Assembly: GCA_964527715.1 (NCBI GenBank)
Contig: CAZGOD010000007.1
Location: 6,622-70,621 of the forward strand
DNA from: an uncultured Thermoplasmatales archaeon
GTDB lineage: Archaea; Thermoplasmatota; E2; DHVEG-1
Length of the DNA: 64,000 nt
Direction: 5' to 3'
Below, piece after piece: positions 19,085-28,406 of the stretch. Under the pieces are notes generated by a model. The model was not told the DNA's origin and made no database searches. It saw only the letters and a program-made list of their open reading frames with translations. A program made the translations under genes and the position numbers. Numbering within the stretch: the first letter of the stretch is position 1; each line of letters opens with the position of its first letter.

Positions 19085-21955
19085 ATGGAAAAAATAAAAA
19101 AAGTAATAGTTGTAATTATAGCTGGTATTCTGCTTACAACAACTATTTTTCCAATAGTTTCCGGTGATGGAGATATTCTTGATCAATATCAGACAGAATT
19201 TAAGGGTTGGAGTTGGGATATAAAATCAAACTCTGAGGGAGCTCAATCTTTTCAACCTAACTTATCTACTTTGACAAAGGTAGATTTACTCATATGGAAA
19301 GAAGCTGTGTTACTAGGCGATTATATAGTTAGAATTCATGAATTTTTAGATGCCGCTCCAATTGCAGAGGCTAGAGTAACAGCTATCACTGTTCCTACAA
19401 GCCCGGGCTGGGTAGAATTTATCTTTAAAGAAGTCATTGAAGTTGAACCACAGCAGACTTACTATATTACTAGTTCTTCGGATGAGGCATTTGGTACTTA
19501 CTACTGGGGTGGTGCCTACGAGACAGTTTATGATAGAGGAACACAATGGCGTAAGACAAGTGATGGGCCTTGGGTAGAGTACCCAGATTATGATTTTTGT
19601 TTCAAAACCTATGGACTGGAAGAAAATAACCCACCTATAGCCTATGATGATTTTTATAGTGTTGATGAGGGGCAGCTTCTTGTTGTAGATGCTGTTAGTG
19701 GTGTTCTTGCTAATGATATTGATCCTGATGGTGATTCAATAACTGCTTCTTTGGTTTCTGCGCCGATTCATGATTCAAGCTTTGCTCTTTCTCCTAATGG
19801 TTCGTTTAATTATACTCATGATGGGAGTGAGTCTACAAGTGATAGTTTTACTTATCGTGCTTATGATGGAATGGCTTATTCTAATGTTGCTACTGTTTGG
19901 ATTACTATTAATCCAGTGAATGATCCCCCTGTTGCAAATGCTGATAGTTATTCGGTGGATGAGGATAATTCCTTGAATGTTGTTGCTCCTGGTGTTCTTA
20001 GTAATGATTATGACCCTGAAAATGATCCATTATCTACGGTTTTGATAGAGGACGTTAGTCATGGTTCTTTGAATCTAAATAGCGATGGTTCGTTTGATTA
20101 TGATCCAGATACTAACTTCAATGGCGTAGATGTCTTTATTTATCAGGCTTATGATGGTACAGATTATTCAGAAAATGCTTCTGTTACAATCACGGTAGAA
20201 CCGATAAATGATTTCCCTGTTGCAAATAATGATTACCCAGTTGTTGATGAGGATTCTTCTGATAATTTGATTGATGTTTTAGCAAATGATTATGATCCAG
20301 ATGGCCATGGTCTTACTATAACTGATATCGATTTTCCTCCGTCTCATGGTATTGCATCAACCGATGGAGATTTTTGTTATTATACTCCAGATCCTGATTA
20401 CTGTGGTAGTGATCGTTTTGATTATTTGATCAGTGATGGTAATGGTGGTTGGGCCAACGGCTCAGTTCACATTGATGTTACATGTTTCAATGATCCCCCT
20501 GTTGCAAATGATGATTATCCCATTGTTGATGAGGATTCTTCTGATAATTTGATTGATGTTTTAGCAAATGATAGTGATCCAGATGTAGGTGATGATTTAG
20601 AAATCATTGATGTTTCTGATCCTTCTACTGGTTCTGCTTGGACCGATGGTGATTACATATATTATACTCCTAATGAGAACTATTGTGGTCTTGATGAGTT
20701 TAACTATACTATTAGTGATCTCATTGGAGAGACATGTAACGCTACAGTTTTTATAACCATTACATGTGTAAATGATGTTCCTATCGCATTTATTGATTCA
20801 ATCAGTCCAAATCCTGCTAAATACAGTACACTTGTCAGTTTCAGTGGCCATGGTACCGACGTAGAGGGCGATATCTTGGCATATGATTGGGATTCTAGCA
20901 TAGACGGTCAGCTTAGTGACCAAGCTTCATTTAGCACTTCCTCACTCTCAATCGGTGAACATATAATTTATTTCAAAGTTCAAGATGAGGAAGGCGAATG
21001 GTCAGAAGCAGATACAGATACTCTTACGATACTTGAAAACCAACCTCCAATTGCATACATTGATTCAATATCTCCAAACCCTGCAGAAGAAGGAACACTT
21101 GTTACTTTTACAGGACATGGGGATGACCCTGATGGATCCGTTAGTGGTTACGAATGGGAATCTAATATTAGTGGAATACTTAGTACAGATGCAACATTTA
21201 CCAATTCAACCTTACCAGTTGGTACACACAATATTACCTTTAAAGTTCAAGATGATGATGGTGTTTGGTCTGATATAGTTAATGAGACACTGATTATCGA
21301 ACCTATACCGCCAAATTACCCACCAATTGCTAATCCTGATTACGTAACAGTTTATAACAATACGAAAGACAACAAAATCGATGTATTGGCAAACGATTCT
21401 GATCCTGATGATGGCGATATCATTAACTTAACAATAATTGTTACACAACCACAAAATGGTACTGCAAGGATTGAAAACAACATCATACGTTATACACCCG
21501 ATCCAGGGTTCTATGGAGTCAATACTCTGGAATATAACATTACAGATAGTCAAGGGGCAAACGCTACAGGATTAGTTACCGTTACTGTTAAAAACGCATC
21601 AAAACTTTCCATAGATGAACCTCAATCAGGCTATGTCTATTTCAATGGTAATCCTAAATTTGCGCTAAAGTTTCTACTTGCTTTCTTAGATATCGACGTT
21701 TTAGCAATAGGATCTATCACATTTGAAGCAAATATAACTGAGACAGAAGGATCTGGGGAAGCTGGTAAAGTTGAATTCTATGTAGATGATGAACTAAAAG
21801 CAACTGATACTGATGATCCTTATAATTGGACTTGGAATGAATTTGCAATTGGGATATATACAGTACAAATAGTTGTCTACGATACCGAAGATAATATAAT
21901 GACAGAGGATTCCATAGATGTTCTAATAATTAATCTGAGAGGAGAATTAGGATAA
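19085..21955 (+). CDS. Large secreted surface protein with cadherin-like/Big_9 repeats, PKD domains and a C-terminal Ig-like domain
   Basis: Signal peptide; five N-x-PP-x-A-x-x-D...VLAND-x-DPD repeats; two P(IA)xIDSISPNPA PKD-like units. Confidence 0.85.
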   Translation: MEKIKKVIVVIIAGILLTTTIFPIVSGDGDILDQYQTEFKGWSWDIKSNSEGAQSFQPNLSTLTKVDLLIWKEAVLLGDYIVRIHEFLDAAPIAEARVTAITVPTSPGWVEFIFKEVIEVEPQQTYYITSSSDEAFGTYYWGGAYETVYDRGTQWRKTSDGPWVEYPDYDFCFKTYGLEENNPPIAYDDFYSVDEGQLLVVDAVSGVLANDIDPDGDSITASLVSAPIHDSSFALSPNGSFNYTHDGSESTSDSFTYRAYDGMAYSNVATVWITINPVNDPPVANADSYSVDEDNSLNVVAPGVLSNDYDPENDPLSTVLIEDVSHGSLNLNSDGSFDYDPDTNFNGVDVFIYQAYDGTDYSENASVTITVEPINDFPVANNDYPVVDEDSSDNLIDVLANDYDPDGHGLTITDIDFPPSHGIASTDGDFCYYTPDPDYCGSDRFDYLISDGNGGWANGSVHIDVTCFNDPPVANDDYPIVDEDSSDNLIDVLANDSDPDVGDDLEIIDVSDPSTGSAWTDGDYIYYTPNENYCGLDEFNYTISDLIGETCNATVFITITCVNDVPIAFIDSISPNPAKYSTLVSFSGHGTDVEGDILAYDWDSSIDGQLSDQASFSTSSLSIGEHIIYFKVQDEEGEWSEADTDTLTILENQPPIAYIDSISPNPAEEGTLVTFTGHGDDPDGSVSGYEWESNISGILSTDATFTNSTLPVGTHNITFKVQDDDGVWSDIVNETLIIEPIPPNYPPIANPDYVTVYNNTKDNKIDVLANDSDPDDGDIINLTIIVTQPQNGTARIENNIIRYTPDPGFYGVNTLEYNITDSQGANATGLVTVTVKNASKLSIDEPQSGYVYFNGNPKFALKFLLAFLDIDVLAIGSITFEANITETEGSGEAGKVEFYVDDELKATDTDDPYNWTWNEFAIGIYTVQIVVYDTEDNIMTEDSIDVLIINLRGELG
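20241..20572 (+). repeat. 50-bp identical intragenic direct repeat (20241-20290 and 20523-20572)
   Basis: TTGTTGATGAGGATTCTTCTGATAATTTGATTGATGTTTTAGCAAATGAT occurs twice. Confidence 0.85.
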
Positions 21956-22037
21956 AACAAACAGTAAACAACCTCTCTTAACTTTTTAATTCGAAATATT
22001 TATAGAGCAAATAATAAAAAAAGAGGTGTTGTAGAGT

Positions 22038-22568
22038 TTATGGGTATTCTTTGAATTCCCCTACCGTGTAAAATGTAGGTCCTTTCAGTCCCATAAATCC
22101 CCAATCAAATTTTGTTTCATTTTGGTAACCAATTCCAACGAAAAGCGTCTCATCGTATGATTCATTGTACTCATCGGTTTCTATATCCATTTTTCCTAAT
22201 CTTCCACAGAAAAATACATCAAAAAATATTCCTTTGAACTCTGAGACAGGTGTATCCTCGTTGGTTTCGTTTTTTACATAGAAAGTTCCAGCGATCCATC
22301 CAAGGCAGTTTTTAGCATAATATCCAGATACATTACCTAATGAAATATTTATTACTCCAACAGAAAGTACATATTTTCTTATTCCCCAGGTGCCGTTAAA
22401 GGTGCCATCTGCCCAAGTTGGTGGTTCATCTGGGTCGGAGTTTACTCCTATTTTTTCAAACAAATAACTTGATTTATAATTTTTAATCACCGGTGTAGAC
22501 GCTGCTGTCATTATTGGTACACTTATTAATAAAATACCTACTGTTAGAGTTAACAATAATTTTTTCAT
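22038..22568 (-). CDS. Secreted hypothetical protein
   Basis: Signal peptide MKKLLLTLTVGILL; P-x-WA-x-G-x-F-x-G-x-WG motif; SD GAGGT. Confidence 0.8.
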   Translation of the reverse strand: MKKLLLTLTVGILLISVPIMTAASTPVIKNYKSSYLFEKIGVNSDPDEPPTWADGTFNGTWGIRKYVLSVGVINISLGNVSGYYAKNCLGWIAGTFYVKNETNEDTPVSEFKGIFFDVFFCGRLGKMDIETDEYNESYDETLFVGIGYQNETKFDWGFMGLKGPTFYTVGEFKEYP

Positions 22569-22656
22569 GTTTATTACCTCTATCTACATTTAATTATATA
22601 TGGTTGACTATTTATAAATATTTCTTAATAAAACAATAAATCTCACAAAAAATAAG

Positions 22657-22766
22657 TGATATGTGAAAAAGGGTAGCAATTGGTAGATACCAAATATCCC
22701 CAGCGCTCCCGATATTAGCCAGAAGAGTAAACACTAAATGCTCCCCATCAAGCCAATCACATATCA
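22657..22766 (-). ncRNA. Candidate structured small RNA, about 110 nt
   Basis: 10-bp terminal inverted repeat, internal hairpins, TATA about 27 nt upstream and a T-run downstream. Confidence 0.45.
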
Positions 22767-22855
22767 ATTCTAACTTTGTTGATAGTATTATTTAAAACTA
22801 ATGCGTCAAAATGTCAAAAATGAAAAAATACAAAAACAATCTAAAAATCTGTTTA

Positions 22856-22981
22856 CTAGTAGTTGTTCCTAGAGAACTTTTTGCTGTCATATTCAGTTTT
22901 ACATTTTGGGCAAATAACCAATGATTCTCCGGATTTTCTGATCCATCTATGCCCACAAAAAGGGCAGTTTTCCCGTTTCAT
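22856..22981 (-). CDS. Small zinc-finger protein (41 aa)
   Basis: MKRENCPFCGHRWIRKSGESLVICPKCKTEY...; two CPxC motifs. An alternative TTG start lies at 23020. Confidence 0.7.
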   Translation of the reverse strand: MKRENCPFCGHRWIRKSGESLVICPKCKTEYDSKKFSRNNY

Positions 22982-23194
22982 CTTACCCTTTGCCTCTTTT
23001 TCTAATTCAAGTATTACCAACTTTTTCTCTTAAATTTATCGGAATAATTTTGGTATTTTTCCTCCCTTGGATTATAATTATGTAGTATCTAGTCCTATAT
23101 AAAGATATCACAAAATGATTCTATAAAAAAACTAGTTTTTATCTTAATATATGTTGAGGTTGGGAAATTGAATTGATTAAAAAATACTTGTTTT

Positions 23195-23329
23195 TTAGTT
23201 GTATTTTTTCCATTTAAATTCTATTTTTTTCATATGTGGTGGAATTTTTTTGCCATCCTTGGTTTTATAGCCCTCAACGGCTTCCCATTTGATACCATAT
23301 TCTCCAATTTTACTATGCTTATGTTTCAT
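23195..23329 (-). CDS. Small basic protein (44 aa)
   Basis: MKHKHSKIGEYGIKWEAVEGYKTKDGKKIPPHMKKIEFKWKKYN; strong SD GAGGAGG. Confidence 0.6.
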   Translation of the reverse strand: MKHKHSKIGEYGIKWEAVEGYKTKDGKKIPPHMKKIEFKWKKYN

Positions 23330-23602
23330 GTCTTCTTTCCTCCTCATTCATATTTATGTTATTTAGTAGTGTGTTAATTTTTACCATTAGTCGTATTTAA
23401 AATTGATGCGTTAGAATGTCAAAATGAAAAAATGAGATTATCCAAATAGAACTAAGATAACGATACTATATGAAAATAGGATTGTAGAAACGATAGCTTC
23501 CACGCTTATGTTTTTTTTGTAGGTTTGTTTATAAAGGACTTGTTGTACAAATATTATCAAAATCTATTGGTTTTAAATTTTGATTAAAAAAGATGTAGAT
23601 AG

Positions 23603-24439
23603 CTATAATTTTGCTAGTTTTTCATCAGCTATTTGAACATATGTAATATCAATCTCAAAGCCAATAAAACTTACACCAAGCTTTTTACATGCTATGGCTG
23701 TTGAACCAATGCCCATAAAGGGATCCATGGCGAGAGTTATTTTTTCAACTCCATGAATTTTAAGACACATCTCAGGAAGCTTAATGGGGAAAACTGTCGG
23801 ATGTGGACGTGATTTCTGAATGGTTTCATATGGTATAAACCAGGTGTTCCCACGACCGCGTAAGTCTTTATTTGCTTTTTTCCAACGGTTAACATTGGTT
23901 TTATCCTGGTAAGGTACTCCTATTGCTAGTTTATTTAGTTCTACGTTTCCTTTTTTTGTGAAATGAAAAAGGTATTCATGGCAGCTGTTCATGAAAATAT
24001 TGCTATTAACAGGTTTATAGTGGCCAACTGAGATGTCTCCTTGTATAACTGGGTGTTTGCCTGTGTCTTCTTTTGGAATTGAAATGGATTTAATCCAATG
24101 AATCACGTTTTGTAGTACAAAATGTTTCCTGAAACGCTCAGCTATATCGATTGGGATCCACATGTCTGAGGGTTTACCACCAACGTTAAGGAAAAAAGAG
24201 GAAGTATCTGTCATTATTTCTTTGCAATTTTTTGCAACTGTTTCCACCCAGTCAAGGTAGATCTCCCGCGGTTTTTCATCATCATACTGATTATAACCTT
24301 TACCTATGTTATATGGAGGTGAGGTTACAATGACATCAGTAAAAAGTGATTGTTCCTTCATCAGCTGTATTCCTTTGATACAGTCCATTACATATATTTT
24401 GTTGAATTCAAGTTTATCCTTTATTTGAGTAGTTACCAT
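23603..24439 (-). CDS. Site-specific DNA methyltransferase, beta class (probably N4-cytosine)
   Basis: TSPPY motif IV precedes HPTVFP and DPFMGIGST motif I. Confidence 0.9.
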   Translation of the reverse strand: MVTTQIKDKLEFNKIYVMDCIKGIQLMKEQSLFTDVIVTSPPYNIGKGYNQYDDEKPREIYLDWVETVAKNCKEIMTDTSSFFLNVGGKPSDMWIPIDIAERFRKHFVLQNVIHWIKSISIPKEDTGKHPVIQGDISVGHYKPVNSNIFMNSCHEYLFHFTKKGNVELNKLAIGVPYQDKTNVNRWKKANKDLRGRGNTWFIPYETIQKSRPHPTVFPIKLPEMCLKIHGVEKITLAMDPFMGIGSTAIACKKLGVSFIGFEIDITYVQIADEKLAKL

Positions 24440-24444
24440 GATTC

Positions 24445-24981
24445 TTATTCTTGTTTCTCCTTTATTGTAAATTCCCATTCACACCATAAATTATTGGGAT
24501 GGTTATCTGGAGGGCAGACATTACATTTTACTTTGATATCTGGGTTAAACTCTTTTGCAAAGGATTTTAGAAAACCCCAGCGTACTGGTTTACAACCAAA
24601 CTCGGGTAACCCCTTCTGTAAACGCGTGTTTTGTACACGACATTTTGTATTCCTTAGTATAGTTCTATTTTTTTCTGCAATGATTTCTTTATTTTCTAGG
24701 TCTATTGCCCAGCCTGAGTAGCTTAATGCTTTTATCATGGATTTGATATCGTTACCATTGATGTTGAAAAGATTTTTTATCTTACGTGCTTCGATTTTCC
24801 CCATAACTTCCCAGACTTTTCTATCGATATCTGTTGCAGCCTCAGTACCGAATTTCTCTTCTATAAATAGGTAGTATAATCCATCTACGGTCCACATGTC
24901 GCGTAGATGCATGAATATAAAATCAGGGAGTTTGTCCTCAGGGATCTTCTTGATTAGATTTTTATCTTTATCTCTACTAAT
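24445..24981 (-). CDS. DUF6125-like (V4R/ATC-hydrolase-like) Cys-rich protein
   Basis: W.VDGLY...EEKFG, CRVQ..R...GL.EF.CK, CPPD.HP..LWCEWEF. The frame extends to ATT 24981 behind SD GGGGGGA; the first ATG is at 24912. Confidence 0.75.
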   Translation of the reverse strand: MSRDKDKNLIKKIPEDKLPDFIFMHLRDMWTVDGLYYLFIEEKFGTEAATDIDRKVWEVMGKIEARKIKNLFNINGNDIKSMIKALSYSGWAIDLENKEIIAEKNRTILRNTKCRVQNTRLQKGLPEFGCKPVRWGFLKSFAKEFNPDIKVKCNVCPPDNHPNNLWCEWEFTIKEKQE

Positions 24982-25028
24982 GTTTATCCCCCCAATTGAG
25001 AGTAGGGTATTGAGAAAGATAGGATTGT

Positions 25029-25985
25029 TTATCCCATCTTTTCTTTAACAGCGGCTGTTAGTTTTGGTATTACTTCGTAAAGATCTCCTACTATGCCATA
25101 GTCAGCTGATTTGAAAATTAAGGCCTCAGGGTCCTTGTTTATAGCTACTATGATACCTGAGTCACGCATACCTGCAATATGTTGAATTTGACCGGAGATA
25201 CCTGCGGCGATGTAAAGTTTTGGTTTAACCTTATGACCTGAGAGCCCTATCCAGTGGTCCTCAGATAACCATTTAAGATCAGCAGCAATGGGTCTACTGC
25301 AGCCAACGGTTTTACCTTTTAGCACCTCGGCAAGTTCTTCTATTAGTTTTATATCATTTTTATCTTTAAAACCCCTGCCACATGAAACAATTATCTCCGC
25401 GTCCTCAACGTTGACTTCCTCTGTTTTCATCTCCTGAACTTTAAGAATCTTGGATGGAGATTTCTCACCATCTATTTTCTTTTTGATTATTTCACCCTTG
25501 CGGTTATCATCTTTTTTAAGTGGGTCAAAGGCTTTCGAGGGAACTGTTACTATCGCAGGTTTAGAGTTAAACTGTTCCACGGCTATAGCGTTTCCACTAA
25601 ATACTACTCGCTCTGCCATTAATTTGTTGTTTTTCACGTATATATTGTTGGAGTCAACTATACATCCAGCGTTGAGTTTTCCACCTAGTCGTGCTGAGAG
25701 TTCTTTACCATTTTTGTTTGAACCTATCAAAATTGTTTCAACATCGGTTTCTTTTACAATGTTGGCTAGTATATCTGCGTATTCCTCTGCTTTGAAAGAC
25801 TCCAGGTTTGTCTCCGCGATAAATACCTGATTTGCTCCATATGAGATGTATTCTTTTGCAAGTTTTTCATCTGGTTTACCTATTATCGCTGATGTTACTT
25901 TTTTATTCTGTTGTTTTGCTATTTCAACTGCTTTACTTAGCATTTCAATTGTGAGTTTTTTATTATCTGAGTATACTAGAACCAT
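25029..25985 (-). CDS. etfA: Electron transfer flavoprotein alpha subunit
   Basis: IVSCGRG, GCSRP, IGLSG..VKPKLYIAAGISGQIQHIAGM, AINKDPEA. Confidence 0.95.
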   Translation of the reverse strand: MVLVYSDNKKLTIEMLSKAVEIAKQQNKKVTSAIIGKPDEKLAKEYISYGANQVFIAETNLESFKAEEYADILANIVKETDVETILIGSNKNGKELSARLGGKLNAGCIVDSNNIYVKNNKLMAERVVFSGNAIAVEQFNSKPAIVTVPSKAFDPLKKDDNRKGEIIKKKIDGEKSPSKILKVQEMKTEEVNVEDAEIIVSCGRGFKDKNDIKLIEELAEVLKGKTVGCSRPIAADLKWLSEDHWIGLSGHKVKPKLYIAAGISGQIQHIAGMRDSGIIVAINKDPEALIFKSADYGIVGDLYEVIPKLTAAVKEKMG

Positions 25986-25991
25986 TTTTTT

Positions 25992-26756
25992 TCACCTCCC
26001 AATGACTCCTTCTTTTGCGAGACTATCAACGAGTTTACCCACTGATTCATCGAGGTCATTCTGGTAAATGACGTTTTTACGTTCCATTGGTACTCCTTTT
26101 AGTTCAACTGTTTCAACCAAGGGGTTTAAACCACTGCTTAATGAGTCAGCGGTCCATTCTTGTATTGGTTTATTTGCTGTTGCTAGAATTTGCATTAGAC
26201 TTGGTAACCTTGGCTCATTTATCTCTTTTGTAACTGTGATAAGCACAGGGTAGGTTGACTCTGTTGTAACTGCTTTATCTCCCATGTTTCGCTCAGCTGT
26301 AACTTTATCTTTCTCAGCTTTTACAGACTGTGCATATGTTACTTGTGGGATATTTAACAAACCAGCTAGTCTTGGCCCTATTTGACCTGAGAACAGATCA
26401 ACTGATGCCTCGCCACATAGAATCATATCGTAGGATCCAATTTTTTTAATTGTCTCTGCTAGGAGGGTAGCTGTCATATGGTAGTCAATATTGTCTGGGG
26501 CTGTTACTAGTACTCCTTCATCGGCACCCATCGCTAGAAGTTCTTTTATCCGTTCTTTTGCATCAGATGGGCCAATAGTGGTTACTGTTATTTTTCCACC
26601 GTTTTTATCTTTGATTTTTATTGCTTCTTCCATTGCGTTTTTATCAATATCGCTTATCTTATGTGGTACTCCTTGTAAAATTGGTTTCTTAGTGCTGGGA
26701 TCAACTTTCATCTCGGATACATCAACAACTTGTTTCGCACAAACGATAATATTCAT
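25992..26756 (-). CDS. etfB: Electron transfer flavoprotein beta subunit
   Basis: IIVCAKQV, LAMGADEG, GQIGPRLA, INEPRLPSL. Confidence 0.95.
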   Translation of the reverse strand: MNIIVCAKQVVDVSEMKVDPSTKKPILQGVPHKISDIDKNAMEEAIKIKDKNGGKITVTTIGPSDAKERIKELLAMGADEGVLVTAPDNIDYHMTATLLAETIKKIGSYDMILCGEASVDLFSGQIGPRLAGLLNIPQVTYAQSVKAEKDKVTAERNMGDKAVTTESTYPVLITVTKEINEPRLPSLMQILATANKPIQEWTADSLSSGLNPLVETVELKGVPMERKNVIYQNDLDESVGKLVDSLAKEGVIGR

Positions 26757-26760
26757 TTCA

Positions 26761-28383
26761 TCACACTCCTTTTCTTTCTTTTTCTAGTTCTCTTAATTGC
26801 TTCCTTTTAATCTTCCCACTCTGAGTCTTAGGAAGTTCATCAACAAATTCAATCTCCCGAGGATACTTATAGGGAGCAGCAACCATCTTAGTGTGCTTCT
26901 GGATATCCCTCATGAGATTATCTGAAGCCTTAGTTTTGTCATGAAGGATAACAAAAGCCTTGACAATCACACCTCTTATTTCGTCTGGGCTTGCGACAAC
27001 TGCGCATTCAAGAACATCTGGATGGGAAATGATAGCTGATTCAACCTCGAAAGGACTAATACGGTAGCCTGCAGCCATAATGAGGTCATCATCACGGCCA
27101 CTAAACCAGTAATAACCATCTTCATCCTGGTATAATACATCTCCAGTGAGGAACCAGCCATTTTTAAAACTCCCTTTGGTCTTTTTTGGTTTATTCCAGT
27201 ATTCTTTGAAAAGACCCGGGTCTGTTTGTTTAACAGCTAAGACACCTTGCTCCCCGGGGGGTAAAGTTTTACCATTATGGTTAACAATAGCACAAGTTTT
27301 CCCTGGTTGTGGTTTACCACATGAACCTGCTCGAATTTTTATACCTTCAAAGTTTGAAAGATAAACCATTATTTCAGTCATACCAATTCCATCGTATATG
27401 TCAAGGTGAAATCTTCGTTTCCATTCTTTTATTATCTCAGGGTTTAATGGTTCACCTGCAGAGATACAATGCCTAAGATTAGAAAGGTCATATTTTTTCT
27501 CGGCATCTTTTACTGCTACAAACATTCGATAGGCTGTTGGGACAGATGCGAGATTTGTGATCTTATATTTTTCAAGTAGTTCAAACCAGCGTTCAGGATG
27601 GAACCTTCCATCGTAAATAAGAGTAGAAAAACCATGTCTCCATGGGTATAAGAATCCATTGCCTAGTGGGAAAATCCAGTTAAGATCCCCTGTATGGGTT
27701 AATATGTCATCATCTTTTGCTTTCTGCCAGAATAACACGCTTGGGTCGTTACCAGGTACCCATCTATGAAGATGAACTGCTCCTTTTGGGCTACCTGTTG
27801 TACCAGATGTGTAACAGAAAAATGCCATATCATCTTTTTTGGTAGGCTCAATATCCAGATTACTAGAAGCTTTTTTCATCATGTCATCATAGGATAGTTG
27901 GTCGTCGTATGTTTCTCCTACGATGATGATTTTTTCTAATGTTGGACATTTATCTTTTATTTCATTGACTTCTTTTACATATTTAGGGGTTGTGATGACT
28001 GCTTTGGAATCACTATCGTTAATCCGGTATTCTATTTCATGTGTTCTGAACATTACACTGCTTGGTATTGGTACTGCTCCGATTTTTACTCCACCTAGAA
28101 AAGAGATCTGGAATTGTGGTAGGTTTGGTAGTCTTATGAGAAACCGATCGCCTTTTTTGAAACCGAGATCTTTCAGTGCATTTCCGAACTTGTTTGTAAG
28201 ACGTTTCATGTCGTTATAGGTAAATTTGTCTGTGTCTCCCTCTGAGTCTTCCCAGTAGAGTGCTACTTTGTTTTTCTTCTCAGTTTCAGTGTGTTTATCT
28301 ACACAGTCGTAGCCAATGTTGTAATTATCTGGTATGTTCCATTTCCAGTTTTTGTATTCTTTTTCGTAGTTGAACTCCCCCAT
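26761..28383 (-). CDS. AMP-forming short/medium-chain acyl-CoA synthetase
   Basis: YTSGTTGSPKG, SAGEPLNPE, GRDDD, YKYPREIEF, PKTQSGKI. Confidence 0.9.
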   Translation of the reverse strand: MGEFNYEKEYKNWKWNIPDNYNIGYDCVDKHTETEKKNKVALYWEDSEGDTDKFTYNDMKRLTNKFGNALKDLGFKKGDRFLIRLPNLPQFQISFLGGVKIGAVPIPSSVMFRTHEIEYRINDSDSKAVITTPKYVKEVNEIKDKCPTLEKIIIVGETYDDQLSYDDMMKKASSNLDIEPTKKDDMAFFCYTSGTTGSPKGAVHLHRWVPGNDPSVLFWQKAKDDDILTHTGDLNWIFPLGNGFLYPWRHGFSTLIYDGRFHPERWFELLEKYKITNLASVPTAYRMFVAVKDAEKKYDLSNLRHCISAGEPLNPEIIKEWKRRFHLDIYDGIGMTEIMVYLSNFEGIKIRAGSCGKPQPGKTCAIVNHNGKTLPPGEQGVLAVKQTDPGLFKEYWNKPKKTKGSFKNGWFLTGDVLYQDEDGYYWFSGRDDDLIMAAGYRISPFEVESAIISHPDVLECAVVASPDEIRGVIVKAFVILHDKTKASDNLMRDIQKHTKMVAAPYKYPREIEFVDELPKTQSGKIKRKQLRELEKERKGV

Positions 28384-28406
28384 AATCTATCACCATGAAA
28401 CTTATG

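Larger units (their letters stand above)
22789..23433 (-). repeat. Duplicated ~40-bp promoter-like element (22789-22829 and 23394-23433)
   Basis: The copies differ by 4 substitutions and 1 indel; each ends in TTTTAAATA on the minus strand. Confidence 0.7.

Noticed and set aside
22612-22734. 40-codon hydrophobic GTG ORF on the minus strand (type I toxin-like)
   Set aside because: It has an SD-like GGGGAG but runs through the T-run and the next gene's TATA. The RNA interpretation fits better, though coding is not excluded.
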